From: Candidatus Aegiribacteria sp.
GTDB taxonomy: Bacteria; Fermentibacterota; Fermentibacteria; Fermentibacterales; JCC-6
NCBI GenBank assembly: GCA_046498225.1
Contig: JAWOBF010000086.1
Location: forward strand, 1 to 61,900
Direction of reading: 5' to 3'
Length of the DNA: 61,900 bases
Shown here: positions 54,951 through 61,900 of the stretch, one piece after another
How positions within the stretch are numbered: the first letter of the stretch is position 1
Layout: every line of letters begins with the position of its first letter
Notes under the pieces: generated by a model
What the model was told of the DNA's origin: nothing
Databases searched by the model: none
Seen by the model: only the letters and a program-made list of their open reading frames with translations
Made by a program: the position numbers and the translations under genes

Positions 54951-55799
54951 ATGCCGGATTTTGTCGAACAGACAAGAAAAGTACTCAGAACGGCCGGTCG
55001 CAGCCCGAAGACCGCCAACAGCTATCTCTCTCACATCAGACGGCTGGAAAACGCCTACGGAGACCGGGTGGCAGACCTTGACGAGGCAACCCTCAGGAAA
55101 TACCTGGAAGACCTGGTGGACGAGGGCAAGTCCCTCTCCTACATAAACCAGGCCCAGAGCGCTATCAGGTTCATGTACAAGCATGTGCTCAAGAAGGACA
55201 GCCCCCTTCCCGGACCCGGACTCATCTCCAAGAAGGTCCCCCTTCACGGCATCTTCAGCAGGGACGAGATAAGGAAGATCTTCGAGAACGTTCACGAGCT
55301 GAAGTACAGGCTCGCCCTGATGCTTATCTACTCCTCCGGTCTCAGGGTGGGAGAGGCGACCCACCTTCTCAAGGACGCCGTCGATTTCGAGAACCTGGTC
55401 ATCCATGTGAACGACGAGAACGGTGAGCATATAAGGGACACCATACTGGCGGAGTCCGTAGCGGACATTCTGAAGTACTACATCGAGACCAGGACCGACG
55501 ATTCCCCGTGGATGTTCCCCGGCAGAGGCAAGACCAACTGCATCTCCCCCAGGACGATACAGAGGTCTTTCGCCGAAGCGATGCTGGCTGTGGGAATCGA
55601 GAAGAGGGCTACCCTCGGTTGGCTCAGGCACAGTTTCGCGGTCCATATGCTGGAGGACGGCATAGACAGGAAGCTGGTACGGAAGCTGCTGGGCATAACC
55701 ACCCCTTCCATGATCTCACCCTACATGAAGCTGGCGGAGAAGAGAAGCGCGTTGAGAGTATCCAGTCCCGCTGATAAGTTCCTGAGCAGAAAGGAATAA
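54951..55799 (+). CDS. Tyrosine recombinase (integron-integrase/XerD-like with N-terminal SAM-like domain), catalytically degenerate
   Basis: GGAGG RBS; SPKT..SY N-domain, LIYSSGLRVGE box I, LRHSFA.H.LE.G box II, C-terminal SP.D. Confidence 0.88.
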   Translation: MPDFVEQTRKVLRTAGRSPKTANSYLSHIRRLENAYGDRVADLDEATLRKYLEDLVDEGKSLSYINQAQSAIRFMYKHVLKKDSPLPGPGLISKKVPLHGIFSRDEIRKIFENVHELKYRLALMLIYSSGLRVGEATHLLKDAVDFENLVIHVNDENGEHIRDTILAESVADILKYYIETRTDDSPWMFPGRGKTNCISPRTIQRSFAEAMLAVGIEKRATLGWLRHSFAVHMLEDGIDRKLVRKLLGITTPSMISPYMKLAEKRSALRVSSPADKFLSRKE

Positions 55800-55822
55800 A
55801 TCGCGGTTCCACACCTGAAGTG

Positions 55823-55856
55823 AAGGGCGGCGCCGAAGCGCCGCCCTTTCTCTGTT
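55823..55856 (+). terminator. Intrinsic terminator between the recombinase and hydA (convergent genes)
   Basis: AAGGGCGGCGC-CGAA-GCGCCGCCCTT followed by TCTCTGTT; perfect 11-bp stem. Confidence 0.8.
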
Positions 55857-55873
55857 CGCGGACTGAAGCCGGG

Positions 55874-57649
55874 TCAGTCCCTTGCCTTGTAGTGTGTGTG
55901 AAGAAGCTCGTGGGACTTGTGTCCGAGGGGCTCCTTCAGGAACTCGGCGTACAGGAGCTGTATCTCCGGGTTGGAGTGGGACTTCCTGAAGTGAAGCGCC
56001 GCGTCCTCCGCGTAGATGGCTTCGGCCCTCTTCTGCCTTATCTCCGGGGATGTGGGGATGGGCTGGCCGCCGCCACCGAGACATCCGCCGGGGCAGGCCA
56101 TTATCTCTATGAAGTGGTAGTCCGCCTCACCGGCCCGTACCTTGTCCATCAGCTTCTCTGCGTTGGAAAGGCCATGGGCTACAGCCACTTTCAGTGTGAC
56201 GCCGGCAAGGAACTCGTAGCCGCCCGCCATCTTGTCCGGCATGGTAATGGCAGCCTCCCTTATGCCTTCCATTCCCCTTACCGGAGTTATGTTCAGGCCG
56301 TCGAAAGGTATCTCCTGCCCGGTTACAACCTCGTAGGCGGTCCTCAGGGCGGCCTCCATCACTCCACCGGTTGCGCCGAATATCACCGCGGCGCCGGAGG
56401 AGTCACCCATCCATCTGTCGAACTTCTCATCACGCAGGTTGGCGAAGTCTATTCCCGCCTCCTGTATCATGCTGGCGAGTTCGCGCGTGGTCAGAACGTA
56501 GTCCACGTCCTTGTAGCCGCTGTCCCTCATTTCGGGGCGTTCCTTCTCGAACTTCTTTGCGGTACACGGCATTATGGATACGCTTACTATCTTCGCCGGG
56601 TCCACTCCCTCCTTGTCCGCCAGGTAGGTTTTGGCCAGTGCCCCGAACATCTGCTGGGGACTCTTGCAGCTGGACACGCTGGGAAGCAGGTCCGGGAACT
56701 TGTGCTCGATGAACTTGATCCAGCCAGGCGAGCAGCTTGTGGTCATGGGCAGCACTGCTTCAGGGTCACCGTCCACCAGTGCCCTCTTCAGCCTGTGGAT
56801 AAGCTCGTGACCCTCCTCTATGATGGTGAGGTCGGCGGTGAAGTCCGTATCCAGGACCCTGTCCACTCCCAGTCCGCGTATCGCCGCCACCATCTTTCCG
56901 GTAGTCCGGTCCGTGGGGAATCCCAGGGCCTCAGCAATTCCCACCCTCACGGCGGGGGCTGTCTGCAGGATAACGAACTTCTCCGGGTCCTCCAGGGCTT
57001 CCCATACCTGCCTGACTTCGGACGTTTCGAACAGCGCGCCGGTGGGACACCTGTTGATGCACTGGCCGCACTGGGTGCAGGGCACCTCGTTAAGGCCCCG
57101 GTCGAGCATGGTGGATATCTTCACCTCGGAAGACCTTCCGACAGGTTTTATGACGGCAACGCTCTGGAGCTCCTCGCAGGTGCGAACGCACCTGGTGCAG
57201 AGGATGCATCGGCTGTTGTCCCTCATTATACCCGGGCTGGCTTCCTCGAAGGATGCCGGCTTGGGTGATGTCTGGTACTCGTTGGTGGTTATGTTGTGCT
57301 TCTCCGCCATCTCCTGCAGCTCACAGTTCTTGTTCCTCTCGCACTCGGGACAGTTAACGTTATGAGCCGCGAGCAGGAGCTTCAGCACGGTCCTTCTGGC
57401 GTGACGCACCTTCTTGCTGTGGGTCTTTATCTTCATGTTCGGCGTAACCGGCGTGACGCAGGCTATGGTCAGGGTCCTCCACCCTTCCACCTCCACCAGG
57501 CACATCCTGCAGTTGCCGGCCAGCGAGAGGTCCGGATGGTAGCAGAGGGTGGGGATCTCCACTCCGGCTGTCTCGCAGGCTTCCAGGATGGTGACGCCCT
57601 CTCTCACACTTCTGTTCACGCCGTTTATGGTAACGGAAATATTGGGCAT
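55874..57649 (-). CDS. hydA: [FeFe]-hydrogenase group A catalytic subunit
   Basis: 2Fe-2S (CYH..CRMC..AC), His-ligated 4Fe-4S (HNVNCPEC..C), two 4Fe-4S motifs, H-cluster TSCSPGW, MPCTAKKFE, EIMACPGGCLGGGGQP; small-subunit domain fused. Confidence 0.96.
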   Translation of the reverse strand: MPNISVTINGVNRSVREGVTILEACETAGVEIPTLCYHPDLSLAGNCRMCLVEVEGWRTLTIACVTPVTPNMKIKTHSKKVRHARRTVLKLLLAAHNVNCPECERNKNCELQEMAEKHNITTNEYQTSPKPASFEEASPGIMRDNSRCILCTRCVRTCEELQSVAVIKPVGRSSEVKISTMLDRGLNEVPCTQCGQCINRCPTGALFETSEVRQVWEALEDPEKFVILQTAPAVRVGIAEALGFPTDRTTGKMVAAIRGLGVDRVLDTDFTADLTIIEEGHELIHRLKRALVDGDPEAVLPMTTSCSPGWIKFIEHKFPDLLPSVSSCKSPQQMFGALAKTYLADKEGVDPAKIVSVSIMPCTAKKFEKERPEMRDSGYKDVDYVLTTRELASMIQEAGIDFANLRDEKFDRWMGDSSGAAVIFGATGGVMEAALRTAYEVVTGQEIPFDGLNITPVRGMEGIREAAITMPDKMAGGYEFLAGVTLKVAVAHGLSNAEKLMDKVRAGEADYHFIEIMACPGGCLGGGGQPIPTSPEIRQKRAEAIYAEDAALHFRKSHSNPEIQLLYAEFLKEPLGHKSHELLHTHYKARD

Positions 57650-58831
57650 TTACATACCTCCCTTTCCGCCGGGCAGTTCTATGAACTTGTTTACTATATC
57701 CAGGAAGCAGTTGGGGGATGTCTGTCCCAGCCCGCACTTGCTTCCAAGCTTCATTATCTCGGCCAGCATGAAGTAGTCCTTCAGTTCTTCCCTGCTGGTT
57801 ATGCTTCCGTTCCTGATGGCCCTGGCGGTGTCCAGAAGCCTTACGTTGCCCTCTCGGCAGGGGGTGCACTGTCCGCATGACTCGTGAATGAAGAACTTCA
57901 GGAAGTTCTCCAGGACATCCATCATGTTCCGGGAACTGTCGAACACTATCACAGAGCCCCCGGGGGCAAGGTCCTCGAAGGAGAGGCATCTGTCCAGCTC
58001 GTCCGCGCTTATGGTGGTTCCGCTGGCGCCTCCCACCTGTACTGCCTGTACGTCGGGAGCCCCGGCCAGCTCCAGGAGCTCGCCTATGGTGGATCCCATC
58101 TGAACCTCGTAGACTCCGGGGTTCTCCACGTCGCCGGATACGCTGAAGAGCTTGGTCCCGGTACATTCGCCGATACCCAGCTCCCGGTACCAGTCCGAGC
58201 CGTTCATGATGATATGGGGCACGTTGACGAAGGTCTCGACGTTGTTGACTATGGTAGGCCGATTCAGGTAACCGGAGTTGACGGGGAAAGGCGGCTTGTT
58301 CCTCGGCTCGCCCCTCTTTCCCTCCATGCTCTCTATCAGTGAGGTTTCCTCTCCGCAAACGTAGGCGCCGGCGCCTCTGCGGACTTCCACGTCGAAGCTG
58401 AACTCCGTGCCCTGGATGTTATCTCCCAGGAGGTTCTTGCCGATAAGCTCATCCCTTGCCTTCATCAGGGCCGGGATGAGGTAGGGATACTCGGCCCGAA
58501 GGTAGATGATGCCGTGGTTCGATCCTATGGCGTAACCGGCGATGATCATGCCCTCAAGGAGCTGGTGCGCGTACTTCTCGAGAAGGAGCCTGTCCTTGAA
58601 GGTCCCGGGCTCTCCCTCGTCGGCGTTGCAGATAACCATCTTGTGCGCGCCTGATGCGGCACCGGCCAGGTTCCACTTGATACCGGTGGGGAACCCGGCC
58701 CCGCCACGGCCGCGCATTCCCGATTCGCGAACCTCGAACACCACGTCCGCCGCTGTCATTCCCAGGGCTTTCTTGAGGGCGGAGCCAACTTCGGGCTGCT
58801 GCTCCGCTGTCAGTACTTTCTTGGCGCTCAT
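57650..58831 (-). CDS. hydB: NuoF-like NADH/FMN-binding hydrogenase beta subunit (short form)
   Basis: RGRGGAGFPTG.KW, CNADEGEPGTFKDR, GAGAYVCGEETSL, SCGQCTPCREG..CGLG. Confidence 0.92.
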   Translation of the reverse strand: MSAKKVLTAEQQPEVGSALKKALGMTAADVVFEVRESGMRGRGGAGFPTGIKWNLAGAASGAHKMVICNADEGEPGTFKDRLLLEKYAHQLLEGMIIAGYAIGSNHGIIYLRAEYPYLIPALMKARDELIGKNLLGDNIQGTEFSFDVEVRRGAGAYVCGEETSLIESMEGKRGEPRNKPPFPVNSGYLNRPTIVNNVETFVNVPHIIMNGSDWYRELGIGECTGTKLFSVSGDVENPGVYEVQMGSTIGELLELAGAPDVQAVQVGGASGTTISADELDRCLSFEDLAPGGSVIVFDSSRNMMDVLENFLKFFIHESCGQCTPCREGNVRLLDTARAIRNGSITSREELKDYFMLAEIMKLGSKCGLGQTSPNCFLDIVNKFIELPGGKGGM

Positions 58832-58846
58832 TCTGTTCAAACCTCC

Positions 58847-59308
58847 CTATTCAAGGCCCGCTACGATCCTGCGGGCTTCATCCGGCGTAAGCCGGGTATG
58901 GGGAGTATCGTTTACCAGCATGGCCGGGCTCTCATCGCACAGGCCTATGCAGCTTGTGGCCTCCAGGGTCACCCTGTTGTCGGGTGTGGTCTCCCCCGCC
59001 GTGATGCCCAGTTCATTCTCCAGGGCCTCGAGTATCTCCTTCGATCCGTTCATCTCGCAGGTGATGGTATTGCAGAGTCGGACGATATTCCTGCCCCGCG
59101 GTTCTGTGGAGAAGAACGAGTAGAACGAGAGTACGCTGTATATCTCGGCATTGCTGACACCAACGGCGGCAGCTATGGCCCTTATGGCCTCTTCGGGGAT
59201 GTAACCCAGCTCCCTGTTGACGTCTGTGAGCATCTCCATGATCGCTTCCCTGTCGCTGCCGTGCTTTGCCATGGAAGCGGCTACGATCTCAACGGGTTTG
59301 CGGCTCAC
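58847..59308 (-). CDS. hydC: NuoE-like 2Fe-2S hydrogenase gamma subunit
   Basis: V.SFYSFF, CNTITC, SCIGLCD..PAM.VN. Confidence 0.92.
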   Translation of the reverse strand: MSRKPVEIVAASMAKHGSDREAIMEMLTDVNRELGYIPEEAIRAIAAAVGVSNAEIYSVLSFYSFFSTEPRGRNIVRLCNTITCEMNGSKEILEALENELGITAGETTPDNRVTLEATSCIGLCDESPAMLVNDTPHTRLTPDEARRIVAGLE

Positions 59309-59706
59309 TTCTCCTCTCCCTTCTTGAGGACCTCTCGTACCTTGCTTACCAGTATCGATGGGGGCACGGGTTTCTCCAGGAAGATATTCACCGGGAAGAA
59401 ATCCGGATGCTCCTCCGGATTGAAATCGTAACCCGTCACCTTGCCGACAGAAGTCAGCATAATGATAGGAACTTCGCTCTTCAGCTTCGAACGGATCCTC
59501 CGCGCCACGGCGAAGCCTTCGTCCGTATGCTCCATCATGACATCGAGTATCACCACATCCGGCTTCTGCTCCCGGACCTTCTCCAGACCTTCGGCGCCGC
59601 TGGAGGCGGAAATAACTTCGAACCCGCTGGCTTCAAGGACGATGCTGTTCGCCTCGACGAAGTCCGGATCATCGTCAATCAGCAACACTGTGATCTTGTC
59701 TGCCAT
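59305..59706 (-). CDS. Single-domain response regulator (CheY-like)
   Basis: LLIDDD, VILDVMM, IMLTS, FLEKP all intact; GTGA overlap with hydC. Confidence 0.93.
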   Translation of the reverse strand: MADKITVLLIDDDPDFVEANSIVLEASGFEVISASSGAEGLEKVREQKPDVVILDVMMEHTDEGFAVARRIRSKLKSEVPIIMLTSVGKVTGYDFNPEEHPDFFPVNIFLEKPVPPSILVSKVREVLKKGEEK

Positions 59707-59793
59707 CGTCTAACCTTTCAATTTAAGCTGCCGGTTATCAGTACAGTGGGGACCGGAAATATAAGCATTTCCTTCAGTTTCTCGCCACTTCGA

Positions 59794-61203
59794 TCAGTAT
59801 CTGTAGTGGTCAGGCTTGTAAGGACCTCCCACTTCAACACCTATGTATTCCGCCTGCTTCTCCGTAAGCTCGGTCAGCTTCACTCCCAGCTTGTCGAGGT
59901 GAAGTCTGGCCACCTCCTCATCCAGTATCTTGGGAAGCATGTATACGCCCACCGCGGGTTTCTCCTCGGCCAGGGCTATCTGGGCCATGCACTGGTTCGT
60001 GAACGAATTGCTCATCACGAAGCTGGGATGCCCCGTCGCGCAGCCGAGGTTGACCAGCCTTCCCTCGGCAAGCAGGAAGATGCAGTGGCCGTCTGGGAAG
60101 ATGTACCTGTGTACCTGCGGCTTGATCTCTTCCTTCACGATCCCGGGCCAGGTCTCCAGGCCCTCCACGCCTATCTCGTTGTCGAAATGACCGATGTTGC
60201 AGACAATGGACTGGTCCTTCATGCGGCTCATGTGTTCCGCGGTGAGAACATTGTAGTTCCCCGTCGCGGTCACGAAAATGGAAGCCTCCGGAAGCGCGTC
60301 CTCAACCGTAGTTACCTCGAAACCCTCCATGGCCGCCTGCAGAGCGCAGATGGGATCTATCTCCGTTACCATCACGCGCGCACCGAAACCGTCCATGCTC
60401 TGGGCGCAGCCCTTGCCCACGTCACCGTAGCCGCAGATGAGTATGGTCTTCCCGGCAACCATAACGTCGGTTGCCCGCTTGATGCCGTCAGCCAGCGACT
60501 CCCTGCACCCGTACAGGTTATCGAACTTGCTCTTGGTGACCGAATCGTTGACGTTGTAGGCGGCGAACAGGAGCTTGCCAGCCTTCATGTTGTTATAGAG
60601 CCTGTGAACGCCTGTGGTGGTCTCCTCGGACACGCCGATTATATCGGGAACTATGGCGCTCCAGTGACCGGGGTCACCCTTCATTCCCTCCACCAGGTTC
60701 TTCATCAGGGCGACTTCGTCCCCCTGCCCCACGAAGGCCTCCGGGAGCAGACCGGACTCCTCATATTCCCGCTCCAGCTGAAAACCCCGATGGACCATAA
60801 GCGTGGCGTCGCCCCCGTCGTCTACTATCAGGTTGGGACCCATGCCCCCGGGGAAAGTGAGCGCCTGCCTGGTGCACCACCAGTACTCGTCCAGAGTTTC
60901 ACCCTTCCAGGCGAAAACCGGCACTCCCTCCACCGCCATGGCGGCAGCCGCATGGTCCTGTGTGGAGAAGATGTTGCAGCTGGCCCAGCGCACCTCCGCC
61001 CCGAGTTCCTTCAGGGTCTCGATGAGCACGGCGGTCTGGACCGTCATGTGAAGAGAACCTGTAACCCGAAGCCCTGAAAGGGGCTTTGACCTGCCGTACT
61101 TCTCCCGCACGGACATCAGCCCGGGCATCTCCTTCTCCGCGATCTCTATCTCCCTCCTGCCGAAATCGGCAAGGGAGATGTCAGCTACCTTGTAATCAGC
61201 CAT
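59794..61203 (-). CDS. ahcY: Adenosylhomocysteinase
   Basis: ATG 61203; [65 protein letters not shown]. Confidence 0.98.
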   Translation of the reverse strand: MADYKVADISLADFGRREIEIAEKEMPGLMSVREKYGRSKPLSGLRVTGSLHMTVQTAVLIETLKELGAEVRWASCNIFSTQDHAAAAMAVEGVPVFAWKGETLDEYWWCTRQALTFPGGMGPNLIVDDGGDATLMVHRGFQLEREYEESGLLPEAFVGQGDEVALMKNLVEGMKGDPGHWSAIVPDIIGVSEETTTGVHRLYNNMKAGKLLFAAYNVNDSVTKSKFDNLYGCRESLADGIKRATDVMVAGKTILICGYGDVGKGCAQSMDGFGARVMVTEIDPICALQAAMEGFEVTTVEDALPEASIFVTATGNYNVLTAEHMSRMKDQSIVCNIGHFDNEIGVEGLETWPGIVKEEIKPQVHRYIFPDGHCIFLLAEGRLVNLGCATGHPSFVMSNSFTNQCMAQIALAEEKPAVGVYMLPKILDEEVARLHLDKLGVKLTELTEKQAEYIGVEVGGPYKPDHYRY

Positions 61204-61900
61204 TTCCATTCCTTCCCCGCAGCAGACCCGAAAGGATGAACACCCTTTCATCACCTGCCGCTGTCTCCTCTATGTCAACGAATCCAGCGGAATCCATCCA
61301 GCTCCGGACCTCATTCCGGTCCAGACCCGGCCAAAGGTCTCCCTGCATTCTCTTCAGATCAAAATCCTCGTGGGGCACAAGTTCCACAACTGTACACCTT
61401 CCCGCCTCACGACATACCCTTGCCGCCTCGGCGAAGAACTCGGATGGCTCGCTCAGGTGGTGCAGCAGCATATGAGCGAGTATCCCGTCAACGGATGAAT
61501 CGGCCACCGGCAGGTGTTCCGCGCTTCCCAGCCGGAGTTCGACGCTGTTCCCGCCCCAGTCGGAACCTATCTTCTTCCCGGCCTGCGACAGCATCTCCTG
61601 CGACTGGTCCACCCCTATGACCGACATTCCCGACCGAAGCAGCCGCAGCACCATATCCCCGCTGCCGCAGCCTGCATCCAGTATCGTGCTCCCAGCTTCA
61701 AATCGTTTGAACACCGCAGAGATGTAATCCCCCGGGTCGGGCATGAGGTAGGAGACCTCGTCCAGTTCCGCAGCGACCCGGTCGAAGAACTCCCTCGCTT
61801 CCCTCCGGCGGTTGTCGTAGCACACCCGGAGTTCGGTCATATCGTTGTCGTAATTCTCGATGCTCCTGACGCCGGAGGATATCACATCAATGAGATTCCC
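61196..61900 (-). CDS. SAM-dependent methyltransferase domain, probably the C-terminal part of an ArsR-MTase (SahR-like) regulator; starts beyond window
   Basis: [35 protein letters not shown]-like tail; coupled to ahcY. The ArsR domain is not visible in the window. Confidence 0.7.
   Translation of the reverse strand, partial: GNLIDVISSGVRSIENYDNDMTELRVCYDNRRREAREFFDRVAAELDEVSYLMPDPGDYISAVFKRFEAGSTILDAGCGSGDMVLRLLRSGMSVIGVDQSQEMLSQAGKKIGSDWGGNSVELRLGSAEHLPVADSSVDGILAHMLLHHLSEPSEFFAEAARVCREAGRCTVVELVPHEDFDLKRMQGDLWPGLDRNEVRSWMDSAGFVDIEETAAGDERVFILSGLLRGRNGNG

Noticed and set aside
54700-55799. Integron interpretation of the integrase-like gene
   Set aside because: No attI/attC palindromes or cassette array on either side, no integron-specific insertion evident, and catalytic residues are lost.
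56720-56745. H-cluster motif TSCSPGW instead of TSCCPGW
   Set aside because: The Cys/Ser variant at this position is known among multimeric group A [FeFe]-hydrogenases; other motifs are intact.

Overview
A uniformly GC-rich (roughly 60%) bacterial chromosomal segment. Nearly all genes lie on the minus strand and most are housekeeping. It has no prophage, IS, CRISPR or rRNA. Main blocks: (i) thrS-infC-rpmI-rplT-zapB-like-zapA-[6S?]-rny-ymdB-ispA-dxs-nadK-recN-pgsA-smc-ftsY-ABC ATPase, preceded by tRNA-Val(GAC); (ii) a PNP-like gene-ileS-lspA-carbamate kinase; (iii) mreBCD-mrdA-rodA-lgt-comF-membrane protein-dnaE-OMP-aminopeptidase-Trm112-DUF167-STAND/TPR; (iv) SahR-like regulator-ahcY-response regulator-trimeric NAD-linked [FeFe]-hydrogenase; (v) small peptidase, redox and sulfur-transport genes at the left end. 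The lipoprotein machinery, outer-membrane barrels and [FeFe]-hydrogenase indicate an anaerobic diderm. The gene order resembles FCB-group lineages such as Fermentibacterota, which is inference only. The most unusual locus is 52.5-55.8 kb. There a full-length tyrosine recombinase lacking three of its six catalytic residues is transcribed divergently from a hybrid sensor kinase with no phosphoacceptor His and a wrecked ATP pocket. Between them is an AT-rich spacer with 10-bp inverted repeats, and the locus sits directly downstream of the hydrogenase operon. Other notable points: a catalytically dead PNP homolog coupled to ileS, an effector-less STAND NTPase, a non-bifurcating signature in the hydrogenase beta subunit, an 11-6-11 dif-like site in an AT-rich patch between convergent genes, and probable CTG starts for ftsY and rodA. 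All protein calls are from motif recognition by eye; no database search was run.
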